Shown one piece after another: positions 43,201-55,336 of a stretch of DNA of 64,000 nt. Position numbers and translations under genes: made by a program. Position 1 is the stretch's first letter. The number at the start of each line of letters is the position of its first letter. Source of the DNA: Trichoplax adhaerens (lineage: Eukaryota; Animalia; Placozoa); NCBI RefSeq assembly GCF_000150275.1, contig NW_002060949.1, forward strand, positions 1,485,836-1,549,835, read 5' to 3'. The notes beneath the pieces are model-generated. The model searched no databases. It saw nothing but the letters and a program-made list of their open reading frames with translations, and was not told the origin of the DNA.

Positions 43201-45271
43201 ATGCAATATTCTTAATATTAATATAAATAGTTACCATCATCACATTGAATAGTTTTATAATCAGTAAAATTTAGACCACAAGATAAAAGTGTGCCCTACC
43301 AACTAATACGTACCTTGGTACTTTCTCTTAATAGTGACATTGGTAATTTGCTTTGTCGTAAAATTACCTTCAGTATGGATAAAGGAACATTATTTAGATG
43401 TAAAGCTGATTTTATTAGGAACTTATGCTATTACTGGCGTGACACAGTGTATTGCATAGCAACATTAGTTGCTGTAACTTCACTATCAGAAAGCCTACGG
43501 AATAACTGATATTCCTTCAATAACTGCACAGGATAGTCAGATACCAAACAGTAGTACATAAATATGTAAACGTAACTACATGCTTTACCTGAAATGGATC
43601 CTTAGATACTTTACCCATTTCAGCCTGAAATTTTTGTAATGCATTTTGAGCAATTACTTTCGTATTACCTAAATAAGAGAATATCTACATGTAAATACTT
43701 CTTTTAAAGAGGCATCATTTGGTTATTGCTTCAGCTAACTGGACAATGCATCACTTTGCTATGTAAATACAACAAGTATATTTAAAACACTATTAGCATA
43801 TACAGTAGTGCACTGTAATGCAGTTTAATATTTCAAATATCGTCCAACGAGCATTTTTGTAATCACATTATCATAATTTATCCTTTAGAACTGCACGATA
43901 AATTTTTATCTATTTAGCTAAACTTACGATATTAACTGACTGATTGATATTTTATATCACGTATTTACATAAAAGGGGAATAGGACGTTGGCAATTGCAG
44001 ACTAATAATAATTTTGTTATTGGAATAGAACTGGGCGAGGGCAAATATACATACCGAACCACTTTCGATTAGGTTCAATCCTAGCAACGCTTCCACTTTC
44101 AGCGTACGATTGGAATGCAGCTCGCTTTACTATTTTTCCAGATGAATTTCTAAAGAATATGTGTGATTATTGAAATTTGGAGATGAAGGTGGCTAGTAAA
44201 TTAGGCACATAGAACCGCTAAGGTTTGCGAAGATTCGTCATGCTGAAGAAAGTTCACTTCTTATGCTACCTTATAAATTGTAATAATGTAGTTCAATAAT
44301 CTAAATCAATCAATATACCTTCTAGATCTGCCAGTATCTCGGTACATATTAAGACGTTTAACCGTAGCTTTATCGCGCATTCTGCTGCCTGCGGCCGGCT
44401 TGGGACGATCTAGAAAAATTTAGCCAGATAGCAATATTATAATATCTGTGGCGCCTATGTGTACTACTGTATTATAGCGATGCAATCTTAGCAAGATAGA
44501 ATAAATCTATAGAACAGTACATAACTGACAGCAACACTAGCTTAATTAAGGACCAATGTGATAAATTAGATTGAAACGGTTTAATGTGCGTGTATAGTCG
44601 CTTCAATTGTATTTGCGGAACTTAAAATATTGTAGTAACTAAACACTACTTCCATTAAGCGTGTACGAACAGTATACTGTAATAAGATAGGCCGATATCA
44701 GAAGAAAACACATTGAACATGGTATCGAGCTGCACACTAGCTATTCTTTTAACATTCAAACACAACAAATTTCACTCAGCCATTGACGCAGTACAATGAT
44801 ATACAATCTTCAATTTGTATCAAATGTTCTTCTCAATGGCATACGTGTACACAGTCAGTAGAATTTAGAATTACAAGAATTTATCGTGGTGGTTGGCAAG
44901 GTTTGTGATGCGATCATTATACCAAGCTTGGTATCAATTACTAGAGAATATCAAACGCATTGTTTGGCTTGTTAATTATTAACAACAATTTTGATGGCAA
45001 GGTAAGATGAGCCATTCCGAGCAATATAGGGAAATGATGACTTTCTTTTTTCCACTTTTAACAGATCCTTGTTATTATAATTTGTCCTCACTGTCAATGA
45101 AGATCGTTCTACTTTGCTCTACAAGTGATCGCATCGTTGTAGTTTTGAGGTTTTTTTAGAGCCGCACTTCCACATCTACGAGTCATGCGTTTTACCTGGA
45201 TTTGTACTAGCAGTTGATTTATTAAATGTAGCATCGCCGCCCGATTTTTTGCTCCGTTTTCTGTTACCCAT
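40285..45271 (-). CDS. GNL2: Nucleolar GTP-binding protein 2 (NOG2/NGP1), circularly permuted GTPase, multi-exon
   Basis: ATG at 45271 (MGNRKRSKK...STNP). [33 protein letters not shown]4 LNKCDL, G1 [10 protein letters not shown]3 [21 protein letters not shown]; last exon [20 protein letters not shown], stop at 40285-40287. Confidence 0.96.
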
Positions 45272-45356
45272 GATGGCAATTTAAATAAATATATCTGTGA
45301 ATCAATCTTTCAATTAAATTAGAGGCCGGAAACTTGATCGATATTCCACGGCTTGA

Positions 45357-45563
45357 TGTACAGTACAGTACTGTCATGGCTAGAGAATGCAGCAATCGTC
45401 ATCGTCAGCCATACGCATGCGTATACAGTACAACATCGGCACATGTCTTTCCGAAACAGTATCGTACTATAGTGAAGTCGATTGCTGTTCAAGGCGTTTC
45501 AGCGATGTGTTTGTACTTGCTATACTGTACAGTATAATATTTTAGCGTCCAGGCTACAGTACA
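45357..45563. repeat. (GTACW)n pentamer cluster in the GNL2/AGPAT5 divergent promoter
   Basis: TGTACAGTACAGTACTGT (45357), TACAGTAC (45424), TACTGTACAGTA (45523), TACAGTAC (45555); 85-290 bp upstream of the GNL2 ATG. Confidence 0.75.
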
Positions 45564-46240
45564 CTATTATTAAGCTTATGGGAAAGACCACGCCGACGAA
45601 AGGCGTTCAGCGAGCTCCGGGGCTGCAACCTGCATGAATGAAAGCTGATCATCTGTTGATTTTGCTACCTTGTAACCAATCTATGAAATAGCTCTTGGGT
45701 TAGTTTGCTTTCTAATTCTTTGCATGGCAAGATCTGACAGTCTTGGAAGCATAACTCACATTGAATAATTGACACTATACTTTAAATTGTAGTTTAAATA
45801 AGCGTATTCAACGTAATACAGTAGAGTACCGTAGGTTGGTCAATTGCTAACAAGAGCAGGTATGCAACTTGCAAGGATTAGACTTTTAATTTAATTTGAA
45901 TTTATTGATGATACTCTATATTTTCTTTGTTATCCGCAACGGCTAGCTATCATTCCTTCCTTAGTTTTTGCTGTGATTACGCATTTATTACAAGAATAAT
46001 ATTCATAGCTCGGTCTGATCATGAAACACCTCCCCTTTAGTCGTACTCTTAGTAACAGATTGGCACGTACAGTTTCATGCGGACAAGGCGACAATAGGAT
46101 ACGTATTTACGATAACAGTTTTGATCTGCTCATGTTATTCCTGACAACTACTGCATCTGGCATGACTAGACAAGCATAAGAACTGTAATTTATTATAACG
46201 CTAAATATTACAACTACAATGTTGAAAATTATAGGAAAAC

Positions 46241-49200
46241 ATGGTCTTACAATCGATTATAGTTTCTACGAGAAGTCTGAATTGGTGTGTGCCGGCTGTT
46301 GGCCTACTTACCGCTGCCCCGGGGTACTTTATAGCATTTTCGACTGCTAAGATGCTAACATGTCTATTGCCTCAGCGGTTCTATGATAAACTAGATTCCG
46401 TTATGTATGACTCCTATCAGAAATTAGCTCTCTTCTTTTTCGAATCTTACTCCGGAGCTGACGTAAGTTGATTAGCTACAGTACTAATGTAGACTACGGT
46501 AGCAGGCTTATTCAGCGGGACTAGTAAAACCCAGTACAACAATACCTGTATTAAGATACTAATTGATTAATCCATCAACATCTCTTGCTGCATGATATAA
46601 ATGAATCGATTGCTACACGTTACTCTTATTCCATGCAGTAGATGAAGTCATGTAATCAAACTAACAGTGGCTAAAGTTGAAACTTACCTCAAATCTTTGG
46701 CAGCTTTAGTGAAGATAAGTAGCTTGAAAAGCTACTTATCAAACGCTATAAATTGCAGAATATGATAGAGCGACGCAATATTAACTTAATTCTGTCACGG
46801 AATATCAATTTTTATATATTGATGGAGCGGTTTACTTTATTAAATAACCCATAATCTTTTCGTATAAAATTGTGGTAGTTGGTGTGCAGTAGGAACAATA
46901 TTTAATGTCACAGATTAATTAAACTACGTGTACTGTACATAGTGATAGCAATTACTTTCAAAAGCGAATTCCCTCGAAATGATTACGTACTCTTAATTCA
47001 GTGACGTCTGTAACATCTGTACGTGGATTGCTAAATTACTATAATAATTTAATATTCCATGACTACATTGTACTACATTAATTATTGCATAAACAATATC
47101 AGATGTGCGTTTGGGCACTTCGACTTGCAATCAGATTCACTTTAGCTCTATAGCTCACATATCGGTCAATGGAGGGCAAGTATATAATTATAATTATTGA
47201 TGATTTTGTTCATTTTTTACTCTAAAGATTGTCATCAGTGGAGATAAGCCTGATGGAAAAGAAAATGTGCTTTTCATTAGCAATCATCAATCGACCAGTG
47301 AGTAATATTGTTTCATCACTAACTGTAAATATGTGATTGCAATTCGAGGCATTGTGCTTATTATTTAGAGCAAATTGCTGATCAACTTCATACTGCAATG
47401 CTATATGAATAACGTGGTATAGTACTGTATCGTGTCCTCGGAGTGTACCAATATTATTAAACACATAGTTATTGTATCTTAGTTGAGAATTGCTAATCAG
47501 AATTTAAAATATAGCATAGGGAACAACGGGTATATGTTATCTTTATCCTAAACTAAGAGATCGTATTATAATACCGTACAATTATATCAATTTCAATAAG
47601 TTCTTCCTTTAACACAGTGGATTGGGTCATCGTTGACATGGTTGCAGCTCGCTTCGGCTGTATTGGGAGAGTTAGATATATTCTGAAGGACGAATTAAAA
47701 TTTATACCGTTGTATGGATTATATTTTCGACAGGTAATCCAGTAACTGTAAGAGCTAAATTATTACAGTAATCAGTGAAAGATGGATAAATGGGTAGATA
47801 GCTACAAACTTTCACATTATAAAATTTCCTACATAAATTTGATACGTTTAACAAATTATACAGTATTTTAATATTTTTCATTATCAAATTTTTATCACAT
47901 TCAATTCTTACTGTATAGCACGGATGTCTGTACTTGAAGAGACAGAAGCAGTGGAATCGAGAAAAGTTTATAAGGTACTCGTAATTATATATCATATTGC
48001 TAATGCTACGCTGCTGTTCGATTTGTGAAAATGAAAGATAGGGTACGAAAGTCAGTAGTTCTATAAACTAAAATTTTTATATTTCGAATTCATGGATGTA
48101 AAATGCATATTAAAATTTCTTGTAGAATAACTTGAAATATTGAAGTCAACATTTAGATATACTCTTTTATTTATAACTAGATACAGCTTTAAATTAGATT
48201 TTATCTATATCGATTCTTGTTTAATTAAAGGACATTTCATTTGATATTTTGCTTTATTATTCCACACTTAGACAGCTAGATTCATATAAAGAAACTAAAA
48301 TTCCGGTAAGTTACCTTTACTTGAAAATGTATTTTTACATATGGCACGTCAATGTCTTGTAAGCGATTAATAGTCAATCCAGAGTAATAATTATAAGAGT
48401 GCGCTTCAATTCGAATATGTCTTCTCGTTATTCCTTACGTATTCTTATTACTTGCTGTCTTCTAAAATTTTAACAGTTGTGGTTAGTGGTATTTCCTGAG
48501 GGTACCCGTTTCAATGCCACTAGGAAGGATGTACTTGAAAAGAGTCAAAATTATGCATTAGATCTTGGTATAAAACTTTCACTAATTTGTTTAATTTTTA
48601 CCTTGTAAATCATATTCCCTTTCCGATATCGTATGGATACTTGAGATTTTCCATCTATATTCGCGTATGACTTAATAACAAAGAGTTTTAATTGCTTTCT
48701 TTATTAGGCTTACCTGTTCTATCTCAAGTACTTACTCCTAGAACAAAAGCTACCGAAGTAAATTGATCTTCGTATATTAATTTCTGAAGTCGACTCTTAC
48801 TTTACTCGTTTTAAATATGAATATACTTATGGATAACTTTTCTATAGGTCAGTATGGAGAGGCTGGGAGAATATTTTGATGCTGTATATGATATAACGAT
48901 AGCTTATACAGATGATGCCAAAACTTATCAACAAGTAAGGGAGCCCGCTCCTAGTATGGGTGGTAAGTAGGTTGATACTAAATTAGGAAATTAATCGAAA
49001 TAAACACATTTTTATAAATTTTACAAAAACTACGTTTATGTAGCTAATCTTGATCTTACGTATTACTTTCTTTTGTTGTCCTCTCTTATAGAGTTTTTTA
49101 ATAATCCTAAGAGGAAATTACATATTTATTTACAACGCTACGCTACAAAGGATATTCCGAAGGTATGTGGCAACAAAATTACTTGTTTTCATGTTAGTTT

Positions 49201-49666
49201 CTCATACCAATGTGTTTTCACAGGATATATCAAAAACGTTGGTATACAGCATTGATCTACTACTGTTAGTCAATTATGGGTTTAGCATTCACTCTGTATT
49301 ATTTATTAAAATGTCATTGATAGGATGAAGAGAGTCGAAAAAAATGGATATATGACCTATTTTGTAAAAAAGAAAGGTAATGCCTTGATTTATGATAAAA
49401 TCAGCTGTACTCATTCAATAATCAATATTAAATGCTATCATTTACTAATGCCTGGTAGGCTATTGGAAGATATGGTCCAGAACGGAAGATTTCCTGGGCC
49501 TGTTTGGTCTGGACCATTTCCTATTCTGTATACTCTACCTCATATAATACTATCTAGTGCTAGCCTTTACTTTATTCTAAGCAATAACAATACTCGAAAA
49601 TCATTTTTTTATTTTACTATAGCAAGTATGTTCCTAACACCAGTCATATCATACTTTGCAATATAA
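46241..49666 (+). CDS. AGPAT5: 1-acyl-sn-glycerol-3-phosphate acyltransferase epsilon, multi-exon
   Basis: N-terminus MVLQSIIVSTRSLNWCVPA...YQKLALFFFESYSG. Acyltransferase motifs SNHQST|VDW, RYILKDELKFIPLYGLYF, VVFPEGTRF and VLTPRTKA; hydrophobic C-terminal exon; TAA at 49664-49666. Confidence 0.92.
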
Positions 49667-50958
49667 TGTAGAACTTGAGTAGATAAGACTCCTAACTGCT
49701 ACCCCATTTCAGACCTTTTTAATTTATTGCTTTTAATATACTTTCTATCAAATCGAAATTGTAATTAATGTTCCAATTTTATCTTTACCGCAAAGTTGTA
49801 TCCTCTTAACTGTTTATGTAGAATTCTATTGACATGGGTAAAATTATTTTGCTTCTTGCTCAAGTGCTCGTTTGATACCGTGTTTTCAACTCAAAGTCAT
49901 TATAACGCAGTAATACGATCATATACTGTTACTATGATTAAATTGTAGTTAAACGAATTATAAAGTAAAGTTTAAACGAGCTATCAAAAGTTGATATTCA
50001 CTGCTTTTATTTAGGCAATCATATATCTATCAGACTAAGTAACAAAAAAGATAAATTCAAGATGATTTAACTACTTTCCTCAGGCTATATTTTATTGTAA
50101 TGCAACATATTTAAGGTAGTTTACGTTTATAATGTGATACTATGCTCATTATTGATTTCCTTATCATCAAGCTATTGCCGTTAGATGTCTATATATGGAC
50201 TACTGTACTGTACAGGGGCTGATTTATTGTATTTCATATTGATGTTCTGTATGTTATACGTGTATTCAATATCTGAAATTAGGACCATTATTACATAGAC
50301 TGGGTGCAAAATCTTATTATCTTTTACTATGTAAAATCATCCTACGGCACGCTATCGCATCCAATCGATTAGCCACGTACAATTCGATGTGCTAATGTTG
50401 GTGTTCTATAAGATATCCTATACGGTACTTCTGGGTTATTTTGCCTATTGTATAGTGGTTCATGATATACGTACAATAGTACAGTAAGGATATTTGAATT
50501 ACCTACTGAAATTGACACTTACAAAGGGAATTTATTTTCTTGAAATCACATTACACAACTGCACGTTAGGACCAATACTTCGACACATAAACGTAAGTAT
50601 TATACGTGATGTCCTTCTGAACTCATGATTATCAAACTGACTATGTAAATGCATTTAACTCTATAAATGATGGTATCAAAGACATTATCACATCGAAAAA
50701 TTGGCAATCCTATATATAAAGAGTCTTGACAAACATTGCTGTAATGACACTTGTATTCAATATTGAGCTGAAACTCTTATGCAGAGAATTAATTCTATTG
50801 AAATCATGCATGCAACTGCATATCATTCTCGATATTTCGACGCATAAAATCGTACGAATTTTAATACAGATTATTCCTCCTATAGCTTAAGTACTGAAAA
50901 TCTTACAACGCGATTTAGTTCCATTTTATTTTACGGAGTTTGGTACGTGACTACGCAC

Positions 50959-51378
50959 CAATGAATACTCTAATCCATAAAGCTAACAATGTGTATAGAA
51001 TTCATTTTATCGAGGTCGTACCTAACTCCGCGTCAATGAATACTTTGACGCATAAGTCTGTCCATGTGTATAGAATTTATTTTATCGAAGTCGTACCTAA
51101 CTCGACGTTAATGAACATTATGATGCATAAATCTAACTCCGCGTCAATGAATACTTTGACGTATAAGTCTGTCAATGTGTATAGAATTCATTTTATCGAA
51201 GTCGTACCTAACTGCGCCTCAATGAATACTTTGATGCATGAATCTAACAATGTATATAGAATTCATATTTATCGAAGTCGTACCTAATTCCACGTTAATG
51301 AACATTTTGATGCATAAATCTAACAATGTGTATATAGAATTCATTTTGTCCAAATCGCACCGTACCTAACTTCGCGTC
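50959..51378. repeat. 75-bp minisatellite, five near-full units plus one internally deleted 36-bp unit
   Basis: Units start at 50959, 51034, 51109 (36 bp), 51145, 51220 (76 bp) and 51296. Core CAATGAATACTTTGACGCATAAGTCT...GTGTATAGAATTCATTTTATCGAAGTCGTACCTAACTCCGCGT. Confidence 0.93.
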
Positions 51379-51981
51379 TATATTAACTACCAAACTTGAA
51401 CAATTACAAAGAGAATTAATTTTATTGGAATCTTCATACCTTGCAACATCAAAGCAAGAATTAGTTGGAGAATTTGGCCAGTTATATCAACTACGACAAT
51501 TATCGAAGTATTCAATTTAGTATTTTAAGCTCAGGCAGCGCTTTTTTAAGATTTCTTGCATTTTGGTAGTGTCGATATTTGATATTGCGATAAATTTCAC
51601 AGAAAAGATGAAGATTCTTTTAGCTTACACATTGACAAAATATTGATAATTATAGTATCCTACATTATTAACGCTGTCATTCTTCTTGCGATCAATAAAA
51701 TAGAACTATGTAAATTACCATATTACATTGAATCTACAAATCATTAAAGCGGTTGATTTATATCAATAACATTATTAATATTACTGAAAGAGTAGCTCAA
51801 TTTTTTAAATATATAGTCGACTAGCTTTCATTGCTAACAATACAGCAATATGTAAGAAATCGCTCCTGGAATAAAGCCAGGCTAAATTTATCATAAATAG
51901 GGTGTTAGATACCATTTATATCCGTTTAACTTAGCTTTGTTATACCTTAACAAAGAGTAAATTTCTAATATACAACTTTAG

Positions 51982-54585
51982 TGAAAAAATAATACATGAA
52001 TTACAGCGTCTACAAGCTGCAATTAAGAATAATATCTGGCACAATGAAGTAGGAAGCACGTTGACTAGTAGCAGCCAAAGACGTTCATGGTCCAATTTAA
52101 GGTAGTCACCTTCCATACCAGTAGCCTTGTAATGGCATTTCATTAATTACATAATGTATAGCAACTTGTTTTAGGTTAAAAATCTTATTACAACACGATA
52201 TGAATATTTATAAAGGTTTACACGTTACAATGGAGTTTCAATGCTGCACAAAGATGCCCTACGACCTAAATCAACATCAAAGAAGCCCACTAATCGACAG
52301 ACGGCGTATAATTGTAGGCATTATATCGGCTGAATCTGCAACAACTGTAGTGATATCTATTTCTGTATAAATAAATAAAACAAAAGCTACTTTCCGGACT
52401 TCCTTATACTTTTTAGGGAAGTTGATTAAGGTCATTGGCATTTGCATTCATCTTCTGCAAACAAACGCTATAATAACAAAAAGGTCAGAATTGCAGTCGC
52501 TTTTTGATATAAAGAGGATTTAATTCATGCTAAGTAATGTTTCTTCATCATACATTAATAATTAATATATTAAAATTTTGATCCAAAGCCTGTTTATTAC
52601 CTTTGATTTATTCTTTTCTTTAGAGATTTATACTACACTGATTCAGACTTTTTTGGTAGCCAAAACGTTGTCGATAGAATACTTAATGACATTGCTTGCA
52701 CGTTGCAAATACCTAGAAATTCTTTACACTGCGTAAGTCTACAGAAATAGATAGGTTCCTCTATTTATTGCATCTTTTCTTATTCTATAAGCATTTTAAA
52801 ACTTTATTCTTGTAACTCTTTTATCACTTCTAACTTCAGGTAGCTTCACCAAAAGGTAGCAATTGACTATCAAAAAAGATATAACTGATTGATGTATATC
52901 GCATGTTAAAGTATAGTACAGTATATTTAAAATTTAATATTTAAAAATGTTTTTACCATCTAAAGAAATCTGATATATCAAAGTGTTAACTTCTAGGCTT
53001 AATGGCGGGCGATTTTAGATTTATTATGAAGAGCGGACATTTTCTATGCGGCTCATTCGAAAATAAGGTTATAATTCTTAGATAATAAATTAATTTCTTT
53101 GCAGTTAAAAAAATACTAAGAGAAATTTCTATCAAAACAACACATAAGATTTATGTTGATGAAAATTTATCTTTTAACGCTTTGTCTATATTAAATATCT
53201 TAGATACAAAGTATACCACTTGTAGCAGATATTGCAGGTAATAGTAAGATTTGTTAGCAGTTTGGCTTTCAGTACAGTATTAATGATAGATACTACCGGA
53301 CTCTACATTGAAATTATCGGCATTTATGAAATCAAATAGGTATAGAATCTACTGCAAAATTCGTCTTAATTGTTGAAAAAGAGGCAATTTTTCAAAGATT
53401 ACTGGACGGAAATATTAAAGATAAACTTAATTCATGCATCGTAATTACCGTATGTATTTCGAATCTAATAATATAAAAATTTTTTTGACTAATCAGATGC
53501 CTTCCTACTTAAAACGGATACATTTGATCTAATTTTATTATGCCTGAATTCATAATTAGGGTAAAGGTTATCCAGATATGAGCACACGTTTAATGATTCG
53601 CTTTTTATGGGATGCCTTAAAATTACCAACTTTCGTATTGACTGATGCAGATCCATATGGTAATATAGGACGTCTACGATTAATTTTTTTAAGCAGAAAC
53701 TGTAAATTATAGGCTTATAACAGTTTTTTTACTCGTAAATCTGTGACATGAATAATGCAACGTAGGTCTAGAAATTTTTTGCGTTTATAAATATGGATCG
53801 AAGGTATTTGGATATTTGTAAGGACAATGTACCTTTATTTACTGATCATATACATGATTAATCACTACTATTCCACGGAATAGACGAAAATTAGTAGATT
53901 ATAATTAGTATAAGAAATGTCGTTATATCTTTGCTTATCAGGGCTTTCTCTTTGCTAATTTACAGGAAATGTCTTTCGAAGCCGAAAATCTCTGTTTTCC
54001 GTTAATAAAATGGTTAGGAGTGCTACCAAGTGAATTCAACAAGTATACTAACGATAAAATACCTATATCTAAGACTATATTTCACACATGGCGAAATAAA
54101 TAATTTATAAATATACATATTCGTTTTACGGAACTACAATAAACTATGTTGATTTTTCATTGAAGACTTGGGATTCCGAAGAAATTATTCATTTCAATGA
54201 GAGAAAATGAACGCAGTCGATTAAAGTCTATAATTAAAAGACCTTACATTACAGAGAACGAAGCTTTAGCAACTGAGGTGAAGTAAATAATTTTTAAAAA
54301 TCGCATGCTATCGAATCTACTGTTTTGAAAATCATATGCGGGCGAAAAAAGCTTAAGTTTATGCGTACATATGAAGTGTAATCTGCGCGAAAGAAATTCA
54401 TTAGTAAAGTAAATGCCTCTCTAATCAGGTGCTCTAATGCTATGGGCTTATTATATTTCAAACAGGCTAGAATTCTGCTGGATTACAATCAAAAAATTGA
54501 GATCGAGGCACTCTACAACTATTCATTTGATTATCTTCTCGAAAATTACATACCATATAAATTACGATCGGGTTTATGGATTTAA
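51982..54585 (+). CDS. SPO11: Meiotic recombination protein SPO11 (Topo VIA), multi-exon; start exon unresolved upstream of 51982
   Basis: Exons 52216-52313, 52417-52483, 52624-52732 (TKR|DLYYTD, catalytic Tyr), 52840-52855, 52997-53068, 53340-53449 (VLIVEKEAIFQRL), 53560-53659 (GKGYPD...DADPYG), 53766-53803, 53966-54042, 54166-54277 and 54466-54585 (KIEIEAL...KLRSGLWI*). Confidence 0.95.
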
Positions 54586-55336
54586 AATTATCTAACAAGA
54601 ACACTACATCATATTGTACCAAGCCTCGATTAATCACTGTAGTTCAACCGTTAATGACGGTTACATGTTACCAATAAAACGTCCATCAATATTGTATAAA
54701 ATACCTGTGATTTCATCTTCTGATAGCTATTGGCGTATCAATATAAAATAAAATTTATTGTCATTACAATGCATATAGCTAAGATAAGCCATTTACGAGT
54801 GATAACATAGCGTGGACAATGTATGAATTTTTCATAATATTAATTACATATTATACAATAGTATCCTATGCTAAAACACATTGAAAGACAGTCTGTCATA
54901 CACTAAATACATTACATCAGTAACAATATCGTGAATTTTGGTGCACCCGCATATACGTTAGCGATTGCGTAAGTACAATATAATACCATACATCCTAGTT
55001 ACTCGATGTAACTATATGTGATTAGAATACGTCTGGCAATGCACAACGTAAAAATTTTTAATAGAAATAGCTTATAAAGTGTCTCTAATTCGTATACTTT
55101 CCACTTAATTATAATAATTATTAAAAAATTAATTAGATTAATTTCAAGGATATAGTCAGCTATATTACGAACAAATATTAGTGCAACTGACACAGTAATT
55201 AAATATAATAGACGGAGAATCTGCTAAATAAATATTAAATGATAATATAACTTAAGATTTGTGTTTCATGTGTAGAAATTTCAATTTTATCAATTTTTTA
55301 AATAAGATTATTAGTGTACCAGAAGCACAAAACGAA

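Noticed and set aside
44068-44085. GGTTCAATCC T-loop-like motif
   Set aside because: It is the antisense of the GNL2 coding exon ARIEPNRK, with no cloverleaf.
45585-45655. Hammerhead ribozyme-like GAAA and CTGATCA
   Set aside because: The core is not CUGANGA, and motif order and stems do not fit.
54043-54165. Possible U12-type intron in SPO11 (GTATACTA)
   Set aside because: Two mismatches to GTATCCTT and no clear U12 branch site; treated as U2-type.
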